Assembly: GCA_002385575.1 (NCBI GenBank)
Contig: DGDS01000002.1
Location: 29,371 to 93,370 of the forward strand
Source of the DNA: Bacillales bacterium UBA3946
GTDB lineage: Bacteria; Bacillota_I; Bacilli_A; ML615J-28; CAG-698
Length of the DNA: 64,000 bases
Direction of reading: 5' to 3'
The notes under the pieces were generated by a model, which was not told where the DNA came from, did not search any database, and worked only from the letters and a program-made list of their open reading frames with translations. A program made the position numbers and the translations under genes. Each line of letters opens with the position of its first letter. Within the stretch, counting starts at the first letter, position 1. Of this stretch, positions 29,103 through 38,261 are shown piece after piece.

Positions 29103-30433
29103 TGAACGAATACAAACACATCGACGCCAGCAAATTTGAATTCGTCCAAATGGACGTCAAGATTTTCGATAAGAAATTCGAGACTAAAGCCATTGGGTAT
29201 TTTGGTGACGCCGTTCGCCGGTTTGTCCGTAACAAATCGAGCGTGATGGGGTTCGTCATTCTCGTGCTGATCATTATCATGTCGATTATCGGTCCGTACA
29301 TCGGCGGTCACGGCGTTCATAAGCAGCACATGCATTATGACCAATTGCCAGCAAAGATTCCCCTGTTGGAGAAGATCGGCGTTACGAACGGGACACGTAA
29401 ATATGAAAACCAGAACGTCCAGTACATCAAGAGTTTCTACGAAGTCGATCCCGCTGACCCGGATTTCAAAAATTACTTTTTCAAGGAATGCATCACTTGG
29501 CAGTCCGGAAAACGCCGGGTCCGGCAAGGTAACGTAGAAGTTGATGTTGTCGATTTTACCTATGATGTATATAAACATAAATCCCTTCCCTATATCAGCG
29601 GTTGGATAGGCAAAACCAAATACGATGAGTTGACGGCGAAGGGAGCGATAATCGGCGATCCCATCAAAGTCAACTTGTCCCATCCCGAGTTTCCCCAATA
29701 TGTCGTGCAAATAGATCCGCTTAAGGAATACGGGTTCAAAAGCTCGGAAAGCATATACTTCCTTTTTGGAACCGACCAATTGGGCCGTGATATGTGGTCC
29801 AGGGTTTGGAGTGGTACCAGGGTTTCGCTTTTGATCGGATTGTTCGTTGCCCTGGTCACGATCACGGTCGGGGTAATTTACGGTTCGATCTCCGGATATT
29901 ACGGCGGAACGATTGATCTGGTAATGCAAAGGTTCGCCGAAATCCTTAGCGGAATTCCATGGATCGCGATCATGACGCTGGTCGTGCTGTACCTGGGAGC
30001 GAACCTGTTCTCTATCGCCCTGGCATTGGTTTTGACCAGCTGGATAGGAACATCCAACATGGTGCGATCGCAATTTTATCGATATAAAGGACGGGAATAC
30101 GTCCTGGCGGCGCGGACGCTGGGCGCCAAGGACCGCCGGCTGATCTTCAAACACATCCTTCCCAACGCCCTGGGACCGATCGTTACCTCCTCGGTGCTGA
30201 TCATCCCCAGCGCGATTTTCTCGGAATCGATGATCTCCTACCTGGGTTTGGGTATCAGTAAAGGTGTTTCCATTGGTAAACTCCTTGCTGACGGTCAGGC
30301 GGTAGGTATAACGACATATCCCTACCTGACGATCTTCCCCGCGATCATTATCTCCCTGCTGATGATATCCTTCAACTTATTCGGAAACGGGTTGCGCGAC
30401 GCGCTCAATCCTTCCCTGAGAGGAGTTGAATAA
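29099..30433 (+). CDS. Oligopeptide ABC transporter permease (OppC/DppC-like) with a long extracytoplasmic N-terminal loop
   Basis: 444 aa. A single N-terminal TM is followed by a roughly 180-aa loop and then an OppC-type permease core. Confidence 0.8.
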   Translation: MMNEYKHIDASKFEFVQMDVKIFDKKFETKAIGYFGDAVRRFVRNKSSVMGFVILVLIIIMSIIGPYIGGHGVHKQHMHYDQLPAKIPLLEKIGVTNGTRKYENQNVQYIKSFYEVDPADPDFKNYFFKECITWQSGKRRVRQGNVEVDVVDFTYDVYKHKSLPYISGWIGKTKYDELTAKGAIIGDPIKVNLSHPEFPQYVVQIDPLKEYGFKSSESIYFLFGTDQLGRDMWSRVWSGTRVSLLIGLFVALVTITVGVIYGSISGYYGGTIDLVMQRFAEILSGIPWIAIMTLVVLYLGANLFSIALALVLTSWIGTSNMVRSQFYRYKGREYVLAARTLGAKDRRLIFKHILPNALGPIVTSSVLIIPSAIFSESMISYLGLGISKGVSIGKLLADGQAVGITTYPYLTIFPAIIISLLMISFNLFGNGLRDALNPSLRGVE

Positions 30434-31481
30434 GATGCAACTGCCAGAAGATGTGATCCTTCGCGTTGAAGATTTGACGGTATCCTTCCGCACTCCCGAC
30501 GGCCTCGTGCGCGCGGTCCGCGGTGTAAACTTCGACCTCAAGCGCGGCGAGACTCTCTGCATCGTCGGCGAATCAGGAAGCGGTAAATCGGTCACGAGCC
30601 GGGCGATCATGGGCATCCTCGCCGGAAACGCCATTATCGAAGGCGGACATATTTATTATCGCGATTACGACCTGGTCCAGGTCAAGGAAAAAGACTTTCA
30701 TAAACTGCGGGGATCGATGATCGGGATGATCTTCCAGGACCCGCTGTCCAGCTTGAACCCGATCATGAAGATCGGCAAGCAAATCACCGAAGCGCTGATT
30801 CTTAAGAACAAGATGACGAGGGCGGAAGCGAAAGCCCGCGCCCTCGAACTGATGCGCGAGGTCGGCATTCCCGAACCGGAAAAAAGGTTCCATCAGTATC
30901 CGTTTCATTTTTCCGGCGGAATGCGTCAGCGCATCGTCATCGCCATCGCTTTGGCCATGAATCCGGAGATTCTGATTTGCGACGAGCCGACGACCGCGCT
31001 GGACGTCACGATCCAGGCGCAGATCCTCGACCTGATCAACGAACTCAAGCACAACCGCGGCTTGTCGATCATCTTCATCACCCATGACCTGGGTGTCGTC
31101 GCCAACATGGCGGACCGGATCGCCGTTATGTATGCCGGAAAAATCGTCGAATACGGGAAGTCGGAAGAAGTGTTCTATGACTGCCGGCATCCGTACACAT
31201 GGGCGCTTTTGGAGAGCATGCCGGCTTTGGAGAAAACCAAGGGCCAGCTTAATGCCATTCCCGGAACGCCGCCCAACATGCTCTTCCCGCCGAAAGGCGA
31301 CGCGTTCGCGCCTCGGAACCGTTACGCAATGAAGATCGATTTCGAGGAGGAACCGCCGTTTTTCAAGGTTTCCGACACGCATTACGCGGCCACGTGGCTT
31401 TTGCATCCCGACGCGCCAAAAGTCGAATCACCGATTAAGGGCCGTTATTTCATAAGCAAGGGGGCGAAATCCAATGACTGA
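30426..31481 (+). CDS. Oligopeptide ABC transporter ATP-binding protein (OppD-like)
   Basis: Walker A GESGSGKS, LSGGMRQR signature, Walker B ILICDEPTTALD, and an oligopeptide-type C-terminal domain. Confidence 0.9.
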   Translation: MNKMQLPEDVILRVEDLTVSFRTPDGLVRAVRGVNFDLKRGETLCIVGESGSGKSVTSRAIMGILAGNAIIEGGHIYYRDYDLVQVKEKDFHKLRGSMIGMIFQDPLSSLNPIMKIGKQITEALILKNKMTRAEAKARALELMREVGIPEPEKRFHQYPFHFSGGMRQRIVIAIALAMNPEILICDEPTTALDVTIQAQILDLINELKHNRGLSIIFITHDLGVVANMADRIAVMYAGKIVEYGKSEEVFYDCRHPYTWALLESMPALEKTKGQLNAIPGTPPNMLFPPKGDAFAPRNRYAMKIDFEEEPPFFKVSDTHYAATWLLHPDAPKVESPIKGRYFISKGAKSND

Positions 31482-32646
31482 GCCGAGAGAAAAGATCCTT
31501 GAACTGAAAAACGTCCGCCTGTATTTTTCGAGCGGTTTCGGGAAAAGAAAAGTCGTCGTCAAAGCGGTGCACAACATCAGCTTCGACGTATACAAGGGCG
31601 AGGTTTTCGGACTCGTGGGCGAGTCGGGGTGCGGTAAAACCACCACCGGCCGCGCGATAATCAAACTGTACAATTTGACCGATGGTCAGATATATTTTAA
31701 AAGCCGTCTCATCAGCGAAGGCAACCGCGGTAAGAATCTTGAAATCAAACGACTGAGAAAAGAAATCAGGGATAAAAAGAAAGAAACCGCCAATGTGATT
31801 GCCGAGTTGAAGGGCGAAGGAGAAATGGCCAACGTTGAGAAAATCAATACGGAAATCAACGAGGCAAAAGCGGAACTGAACAGGTTTATTGCCGAACAGA
31901 AGCAAAAGATTGCCCATCTGCGTCGGCTTAAAGCCGCGACCAGACGCGCAAACGTCCGCGATTCGAAGTTGATGTCGAAAATGCAGATGATTTTCCAGGA
32001 TCCGATCGATTCCCTCAACCCTCGTATGACGGTTAAGGAAATCATATCCGAAGGTTTGATTATCAACGGTATTAAGGATAAGGAGTTCATTGAACAGGAA
32101 GTCAACCGAGTTTTGGAATTGGTCGGACTGCTTCCCGATCATGCGAACCGTTATCCGCACGAATTCAGCGGCGGCCAGCGGCAGCGCATCGGGATCGCCC
32201 GCGCCCTGGTCGTCAATCCGGAAATGATCATCGCCGATGAACCGATCAGCGCCCTCGACGTTTCCATTCAGGCGCAGATCATCAACCTGCTGAATGAATT
32301 ACGGAAAAAATTCGGCTTGACGATCTTGTTCATCGCCCATAACCTGTCGGTGGTCAAATTCTTCTGCGACCGGATCGCCGTCATGTATTATGGGCGCGTC
32401 GTGGAAATCGCCGATTCCGAGGAGTTGTTTAAACATCCCCTGCATCCTTATACCAAGGCGCTTTTATCGGCGGTGCCGCTGCCCGATCCCGATTACGAAA
32501 AAACCCGGAAACGGATCGCTTATAATCCCTCGCTCCGCAAATTCACCGTCGATAAACCGAAAATGGTTGAGATTTATCCCGGACATTTCGTATATGCAAG
32601 CGAGGAAGAGGTTAAGGCTTATCGCAAAGAATTGAAACTAGAGTAA
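31474..32646 (+). CDS. Oligopeptide ABC transporter ATP-binding protein (OppF-like) with a ~95-aa charged coiled-coil insertion between Walker A and the Q-loop
   Basis: Walker A GESGCGKTT, FSGGQRQR, and Walker B IIADEPISALD. The K/E-rich insertion lies at about nt 31690-31970. Confidence 0.85.
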   Translation: MTEPREKILELKNVRLYFSSGFGKRKVVVKAVHNISFDVYKGEVFGLVGESGCGKTTTGRAIIKLYNLTDGQIYFKSRLISEGNRGKNLEIKRLRKEIRDKKKETANVIAELKGEGEMANVEKINTEINEAKAELNRFIAEQKQKIAHLRRLKAATRRANVRDSKLMSKMQMIFQDPIDSLNPRMTVKEIISEGLIINGIKDKEFIEQEVNRVLELVGLLPDHANRYPHEFSGGQRQRIGIARALVVNPEMIIADEPISALDVSIQAQIINLLNELRKKFGLTILFIAHNLSVVKFFCDRIAVMYYGRVVEIADSEELFKHPLHPYTKALLSAVPLPDPDYEKTRKRIAYNPSLRKFTVDKPKMVEIYPGHFVYASEEEVKAYRKELKLE

Positions 32647-32662
32647 GAACCGGTGATCTTAC

Positions 32663-33232
32663 ATGTACCGTTATAAAAAATATTCTGAGGAACAGATGTT
32701 TTTGAAGATCGCGATTCTCGTCATGGGAGGCATAGCCTTCCTGTTGGGCTTCGCGCGGGCGCTGAAACTGGGAATCGAGTATATGATCCAGGAAGGCCAG
32801 AACCCGTTGTTCGTGCCGATAACCGATTATTTTACCGGCTTCAATCTGGCCTTCAACGTTCCCACGGGCAAGGTAGGATACCAGCATTACGTCCCGATGG
32901 CGACGGTCAGTTATCTTACCCCGTTGGTATTCAGCGTTTTACCGATGATCAAGATAAAAAAGGTACCGCGCTACATTCCGTACTTTATCGCCGCCGTGGT
33001 TCTAATCATCATCCCGATATTTTATGTTATCAAACTTCAGGAAGCCATCGGCGATTTGGAGCGGATCATCGAGATTGATTCGCTTCTCATCGGTAAGAAA
33101 TATCGCAATCTCCAAATCGAGGTTCAAACCGAGGCGATCATGCACGCCGCCTTGACGGTCATTACCGGGTTCCTCAGTATTGCCGCCGGGGTACTGGCAT
33201 TACTGACGCGCGAACGGAGAGTTCGGAAATGA
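32663..33232 (+). CDS. Hypothetical integral membrane protein
   Basis: 189 aa with four predicted TM helices and no recognised motif. Confidence 0.4.
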   Translation: MYRYKKYSEEQMFLKIAILVMGGIAFLLGFARALKLGIEYMIQEGQNPLFVPITDYFTGFNLAFNVPTGKVGYQHYVPMATVSYLTPLVFSVLPMIKIKKVPRYIPYFIAAVVLIIIPIFYVIKLQEAIGDLERIIEIDSLLIGKKYRNLQIEVQTEAIMHAALTVITGFLSIAAGVLALLTRERRVRK

Positions 33233-33597
33233 CGAAATGGATTGTTCCCAATGTAATCGCTTTGTTGATATTCGCTTTCCTTGTGTTGCTTTTGAAGGAT
33301 AAGCCCATGCTTTACGAGGGCACTTTCTTAGTCGATGCCTTTGTAATCACCGGGTTTTTCATCTGGCTGGGGGCGGGCATCGTCTTCATCGATCAGGAAG
33401 GCGTCTTTGACATCGCGATTTACGGGTTAAAAAGGATCGTTCGTCTTTTCAAAAAAAGCGTTGACGACGACTTTCCCGATTCTTATTACGATTACAGTGA
33501 AGGACGGAAAAGCCGTAAACGCGTCACTTTGTACCCGACCCTGATCGTCGGGACGGTATATGTCCTCGTCGGCATCATCATCTATTTGGTTCAATGA
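33229..33597 (+). CDS. Small membrane protein (DUF3899-like)
   Basis: 122 aa, TM-loop-TM pattern, overlapping the upstream stop. Confidence 0.4.
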   Translation: MTKWIVPNVIALLIFAFLVLLLKDKPMLYEGTFLVDAFVITGFFIWLGAGIVFIDQEGVFDIAIYGLKRIVRLFKKSVDDDFPDSYYDYSEGRKSRKRVTLYPTLIVGTVYVLVGIIIYLVQ

Positions 33598-33711
33598 TAG
33601 AGAAAAAAGTGTATTCATAAGGATACACTTTTTTTTACTTTATCAGATAAAATATTTACATCAAGGCAAAAAAATGCTAAAATATTTGTGAACAGAAAGG
33701 GAATGGTGAAA

Positions 33712-34152
33712 ATGATTAAATTGTATACTTCACCCAGTTGTTCTTCATGCCGAAAGGTTAAAAAGTATTTTGAGAAGTATAACATCAAATACGAGGAAAA
33801 AAACATCTTCACGTCCCCCATTTCCCGCGAAGATATTTTTAAAATGCTTGTGAAGAGCGAGAACGGATTTGAGGACATCATTTCCACGCGCTCGAAAGTC
33901 TTTAAGGAAAAGGGCGTCAGCCTCTATGATATGAAAACCCAGGACTTGATCGATTTTATCATCAAAAATCCGAGCGTCCTGAAAAGGCCGATCATCGTCA
34001 CCGACTATGAAATCCAGGTCGGGTATAACGATGACGACATCGAGTTGTTTTTACCGCCGGAAGTAAGGGATCTGGATTGTGAGCACTGCTTCAAACCACA
34101 CGAGCCGAATGAGGAATGCGATTACGTTAAAAGCATAAAGTTTTCAAAATAA
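33712..34152 (+). CDS. spx: Spx/ArsC-family global redox regulator with an atypical Cys/His-containing C-terminal tail
   Basis: CSSC redox motif, ISTRSKVF, RPIIV and QVGYNDDDIELFLP are co-linear with B. subtilis Spx. The tail DLDCEHCFKPHEPNEECDY replaces the canonical ...LAN degradation tail. Start is ATG at 33712. Confidence 0.8.
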   Translation: MIKLYTSPSCSSCRKVKKYFEKYNIKYEEKNIFTSPISREDIFKMLVKSENGFEDIISTRSKVFKEKGVSLYDMKTQDLIDFIIKNPSVLKRPIIVTDYEIQVGYNDDDIELFLPPEVRDLDCEHCFKPHEPNEECDYVKSIKFSK

Positions 34153-34178
34153 AATCGGACTTCAAGAGTCCGATTTTT
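34145..34178. terminator. Bidirectional terminator between spx and the CYTH gene
   Basis: AAAATCGGACTTCAAGAGTCCGATTTTTATTT. Confidence 0.7.
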
Positions 34179-34181
34179 ATT

Positions 34182-34745
34182 TCAGTGCATTTTCTTGTAC
34201 GCCTTGAAGGCGCGTTTTATTTTTTTCTCGGTCTTTTTGTATTGTAATTCGAATTCGCTAATCAGTTTCACGAATTCCCGCAGATTGTGCGAGCTCGTCT
34301 CGTATATCAGCTCATAATCGGTTTGGCCAAGATATTGGCTTTTATCAATATATAAAATGCCGTTTTTATATGCAAAAAACAATCTTAAAGTGGAAAGGCT
34401 GAGAAAGTTGAAAATCTTTTGATCACCGATCAAAGGAATCAACTCGTTATATATCTCGCCTTCCGGGACCATTCCCGTTTCCCGGATTTCCTCGAAGGTT
34501 TCCTTGGTTATTGGCAGTTGGAATTCCTGGAGATTATAGCCTTTCTTCTTTTTAAAAACAAGGGTAAAGTCGTCGCGCTCCTTAACCCGGAGCGAGGCGT
34601 CGAGCGCCTTTAAGGAAAATCTCTTGGTATCGAAATAATGGTTGGTCTGCATATCCATTCGATTGCCCTTGAATTTTTCCATCAGGCGGTTATATTCTTC
34701 TTCGGTTAATAGTGTTCTGAATTCTACCAGATTTCCTATTTGCAT
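34182..34745 (-). CDS. yjbK: CYTH-domain (triphosphate tunnel metalloenzyme) protein, YjbK-like
   Basis: CYTH fold with acidic/basic tunnel residues. It is divergent from the alarmone-synthetase/ppnK pair, as in the B. subtilis yjbK-yjbM-ppnK region. Confidence 0.6.
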   Translation of the reverse strand: MQIGNLVEFRTLLTEEEYNRLMEKFKGNRMDMQTNHYFDTKRFSLKALDASLRVKERDDFTLVFKKKKGYNLQEFQLPITKETFEEIRETGMVPEGEIYNELIPLIGDQKIFNFLSLSTLRLFFAYKNGILYIDKSQYLGQTDYELIYETSSHNLREFVKLISEFELQYKKTEKKIKRAFKAYKKMH

Positions 34746-34976
34746 GTTATCCTCCGGATCATAATTCTTGCATTAATATATTATACATAATAATTTATAA
34801 AATGCAAGTATTGCGAAATAAAAGCGGGTTTATTATATTATTGTCTTTTTTGCGAATAAATACAATTTATCTACCGAAATATCAAAACCATTATTTTCAA
34901 TAATTAACCTTGAGAAACACGCGAAATCAAGGTATAATATATCTGGGCGTATAATCCGTCCCGGAAAGGTTGGTAT

Positions 34977-35657
34977 ATGGTTAACGAAAATCGCTTTTGG
35001 CATGCGTTTCTCTTGCCGTATGAGTTGGCAGTCAGCGGTTTCATTATCAAACTCGAGTCGCTCCGGAAAGAATTCTTGTTTAAAAAGGTCAACAATCCGA
35101 TTGAGAGCATTTCCGGACGCGTGAAGACGGTAAGCAGTATACTGGAAAAAGCGGAACGGTTGGGGATTGATTTTCATAATATTGCCGAGGGAATATATGA
35201 TATCGCCGGCATTCGCATCATATGCAAGTACCAGCAGGATGTATACAAGGTTTATGAATTACTGAAAGCGCGGAAAGACATCGAGATCTTTCTTGTCAAG
35301 GATTATATTAAAGACCCCAAGCCAAGCGGGTATCGCTCATTGCACTTGATAACAAAATACGAGGTCGAGATGGTCGACGGACGGGTCCCGATCAACATCG
35401 AGTTCCAGATCCGGACTTACGCGATGCATTTGTGGGCGTCGATCGAACACTCATTGAAATACAAGTATTACCGGAACATCCCGGAAGAGATCAAGGAGCG
35501 CCTGCTCGCCGCCTCGAAGGTCACGGCTCAGCTGGATGAAGAGATGGCGGGGATCAGGCAGTCGATCGACGAGATCATCGTGGATAAGGTCCGGCCGGAG
35601 GAGTACGAACTGGACAACATCGGGTTGTTACTGGATAATATCAACAAAAGGTGGTAA
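34977..35657 (+). CDS. Small alarmone synthetase (RelQ/RelP-type GTP pyrophosphokinase, YjbM-like)
   Basis: RelA/SpoT synthetase-domain motifs (DIAGIRIIC, GYRSLHL, EFQIRT), 226 aa, single domain. Confidence 0.8.
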   Translation: MVNENRFWHAFLLPYELAVSGFIIKLESLRKEFLFKKVNNPIESISGRVKTVSSILEKAERLGIDFHNIAEGIYDIAGIRIICKYQQDVYKVYELLKARKDIEIFLVKDYIKDPKPSGYRSLHLITKYEVEMVDGRVPINIEFQIRTYAMHLWASIEHSLKYKYYRNIPEEIKERLLAASKVTAQLDEEMAGIRQSIDEIIVDKVRPEEYELDNIGLLLDNINKRW

Positions 35658-35658
35658 C

Positions 35659-36405
35659 ATGAAATACGCCTGTTACGGTAAATGCGTGAATATCGAGTTC
35701 CCTTTCGTTCGCGACGATGAAGCCCCGGACGTGGTGTTTTCCTTTGGCGGCGACGGGACGATGCTTGGCGCGATCCATAAATACGAACAGCGCCTCGACA
35801 TAACGCGATTCATTGGCATCAATACCGGGAAACTGGGTTTCTATACCGATTTCGATATCGGCGAGGTCGGGGAAATCTTCCGGATGCTTTCCGAAGGTGA
35901 TTTCGATTTGTTCGAACTTAACCTGATGGAGTATCGGCTTGCCGGCGCAAATGATGTCAAAACCGGAATCGTCATAAACGATCTGGCGTTGATAAATCCG
36001 ATCAACACGCAAATCATGGACATATACATCAACGGGAAGTTTTTCGAAACGATCCGGGGAACGGGGGTCCTGATCTCACCGCCGGGCGGGAGCACCGCCT
36101 ATAACAAATCGCTGGGCGGAAGCATCATCGATCCAACGATCAAGGCGATCCAGTTGACCGAGGCGGCGCCGATCAGTAACCGCGTCTACCGGAGTCTGGC
36201 TTCGCCATTGGTTTTATCGCAAGCGGCGGATATCGAACTGCACCCGCATTGCGCCCGCAACCTCTATGTGACGGTAGATGGTGAAATGCTTGATTGCGCT
36301 GATTTGAAAACAATATCGGCGCGGCTTTCCGAACGGACCGCGACCTTCATCGTCAAGAAGGAAACGAGTTTCTTCGACCGGGTAAAAAGAGCCTTCATAG
36401 AATGA
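35659..36405 (+). CDS. ppnK: NAD kinase
   Basis: GGDGT motif and an NE/DGxxxxT region. ATG at 35659, four nucleotides after the upstream stop. Confidence 0.9.
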   Translation: MKYACYGKCVNIEFPFVRDDEAPDVVFSFGGDGTMLGAIHKYEQRLDITRFIGINTGKLGFYTDFDIGEVGEIFRMLSEGDFDLFELNLMEYRLAGANDVKTGIVINDLALINPINTQIMDIYINGKFFETIRGTGVLISPPGGSTAYNKSLGGSIIDPTIKAIQLTEAAPISNRVYRSLASPLVLSQAADIELHPHCARNLYVTVDGEMLDCADLKTISARLSERTATFIVKKETSFFDRVKRAFIE

Positions 36406-36408
36406 AAA

Positions 36409-36438
36409 AAAGGGATTGAATCGCAATCCCTATTTTTT
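36409..36438. terminator. Bidirectional terminator between ppnK and clpP
   Basis: AAAAAAGGGATTGAATCGCAATCCCTATTTTTTTT. Confidence 0.75.
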
Positions 36439-37023
36439 TTGCGGCTCCTTTTCCAGAATCGCATCGATTATTCCGTACTCCAGGGCTTCCTCGGCGAACA
36501 TGTAATTGTCGCGATCGGTGTCGTTGTTGATTTGCTCGATGCTCTTGCCGGTATATTTCGCAAGCAGTTTGTTCAGTCTTTCCCTGGTCCGCACGATATG
36601 CTTCGCCGCAATCTGGATTTCCGTGGCCTGCCCCTGGGCGCCGCCCAGCGGCTGGTGGATCAGGATCTCGCTGTTGGGCAGAGCGAAGCGTTTGCCTTTC
36701 TCGCCGCTTGCGAGGATGAAGGCCGCCATCGACGCCGCCAGCCCGATGCAGATTGTCGAAACCGGGGGCGCGATCAGACGCATCGTGTCGTGGATGGCCA
36801 TGCCGGCCGTCACCGATCCGCCGATCGAGTTGATGTAAAGGTAAATCTCCTTTTCGCTGTCCTCGGCGGCCAGAAACAACAACTGTGCGACGATGCTATT
36901 GGCCAGCGAATCCTGGATCTCGCCGCAGAGCAGGATGATCCGGTCTTTCAGTAACCGGGAGTAAATATCATAAGAACGTTCTCCGAACGAAGTTCGTTCG
37001 ATGACAATCGGTGTGTAGTACAT
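36430..37023 (-). CDS. clpP: ATP-dependent Clp protease proteolytic subunit
   Basis: Canonical ClpP sequence (RIILLCGEI..., catalytic Ser in GGSVTAG and catalytic His). Confidence 0.95.
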   Translation of the reverse strand: MYYTPIVIERTSFGERSYDIYSRLLKDRIILLCGEIQDSLANSIVAQLLFLAAEDSEKEIYLYINSIGGSVTAGMAIHDTMRLIAPPVSTICIGLAASMAAFILASGEKGKRFALPNSEILIHQPLGGAQGQATEIQIAAKHIVRTRERLNKLLAKYTGKSIEQINNDTDRDNYMFAEEALEYGIIDAILEKEPQKK

Positions 37024-37175
37024 GGTCGTATCTCCTTTTAAAGTATTTTACAATAATAATATATCAAAGTCAAATTATATTTTCGGATATTTTGTCTATA
37101 AATTCTCTAAATAAGCAAACGCACATGCCAAAAAGACCCGGATTCGTATAATATAGTAAAGAAGGAGGGAAAGAT

Positions 37176-37556
37176 ATGAACTGCTTTGTAAGACCGCCGC
37201 TCATCCACAGGACCGTAAGTGATTTCCACCAAGTTTTTTGCGAGGAACAACCCATCATATGCGAACACGTGAACCGTATATTCAATCATCACATCAAGCG
37301 CAACCGTTTCATCCCCCGGCAATTATGCTGCGAATTCAATGACTGCTGCGTGGAAAACATCGGTTGCTGCCCGAATATGCCGTTTGCCGGAATCCAACCA
37401 TTATTCGGCGAACCGCAGTTTGCTGATATGGCGGGAATACCCGGACCGCAGGTCGGGCCGCAATACACCGGTATGGAAGGAATGGCCGGCCCGCAGACCG
37501 GGATGCCGGCGTTTGACATGCCCCAAAGCCAATTTCGTAAAAGCCGCCGGCTTTAA
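37176..37556 (+). CDS. CotD-like inner spore coat protein (Cys/His-rich N-terminus, Pro/Gly/Met-rich repeats)
   Basis: 126 aa with HH/CC-rich motifs (CCEFNDCCVENIGCCPNMP) and repeated GxPGPQ/MEGMAGPQ units. Resembles the CotD family. Confidence 0.45.
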   Translation: MNCFVRPPLIHRTVSDFHQVFCEEQPIICEHVNRIFNHHIKRNRFIPRQLCCEFNDCCVENIGCCPNMPFAGIQPLFGEPQFADMAGIPGPQVGPQYTGMEGMAGPQTGMPAFDMPQSQFRKSRRL

Positions 37557-37597
37557 TCAAAACAGGATAGCTCCGCAAGGGGCTATTTTGTGTAGGA

Positions 37598-37632
37598 ACT
37601 TGTAAGAACCTGTAATGGGTTCTTTTTTTTGA
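37598..37632 (+). terminator. Terminator after the cotD-like gene
   Basis: GTAAGAACCTGTAATGGGTTCTTTTTTTT. Confidence 0.6.
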
Positions 37633-37670
37633 ACTTATTCCTATACTACCTCAAAACTTATGACATCAGT

Positions 37671-38062
37671 TCAGATCGTAATGAAGTTGTCTTTAAAAAC
37701 AAAATGGACAACCGCCAAAACGTTATAATTTCCTTTATCAAGATCGGTAATCACTTCTCTACGCGTAATTTCAGCATTCCTTTTTAAAACTGATTCTACG
37801 GCAAGGGAGATAAAAGTCAGATCCGGTTGTTGGCCTTCCTGATAAACAAAGATCTTAATTAAAGTAGAGATATCCGTTGATCCTGAGTATTTGATTTTCA
37901 GGTTTCTATGGCTCAGATTCTTTAAATCTACGCTAATAACGATTTCTTGTCCTGCGATAGAGTTAGGTTAAAATCACTTTCTTTCAACGTGACAGTTCTG
38001 CACCCAGCCAACAAAACAAATAATAAAGAAAGAATAAATAAACGATACACACTTTTAAACAT
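37671..38062 (-). pseudogene. Lipoprotein gene disrupted by a -1 frameshift (or a sequencing error) near an A-run
   Basis: Hand translation of the minus strand: ATG at about 38062 gives MFKSVYRLFILSLLFVLLAGC|RTVTLKESDFNLTLSQDKKSLLA, then a stop at about 37928. The -1 frame continues open for 86 more codons (IVISVDLKNLSHRN...FVFKDNFITI, stop at about 37671). Restoring one A in GACAAGAAATCG gives a 130-aa lipoprotein. No ORF of 60 aa or more is listed here in the ORF track, which is consistent with disruption. Confidence 0.45.
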
Positions 38063-38261
38063 ATCACAACTCCTGCATATAGCATTTATTACCACATAGT
38101 AATAAATAACTTTTTATCCATTATATCATAAATGAGTTTTTATGCATAATATCATATGATATGCTTACATACATAATGCGAGAGTTAGTTATCATTTAAT
38201 TTCCAGCGAAAACGATAATATGTGCTTGCGAAAAAGTTGAATAGGTGATATAATTAACAAA

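Noticed and set aside
35536-35658. N-terminal 41-aa extension of the ppnK ORF in the ORF track.
   Set aside because: The extension overlaps the upstream gene in another frame and is Arg/Ser-rich nonsense. The real start is ATG at 35659 (MKYACYG).
37024-37175. CtsR operator upstream of clpP.
   Set aside because: Only a loose ATCAAAGTCAAAT tandem is present. It lacks the 3-nt spacer of the (A/G)GTCAAAnAn(A/G)GTCAAA consensus, so it is not convincing.
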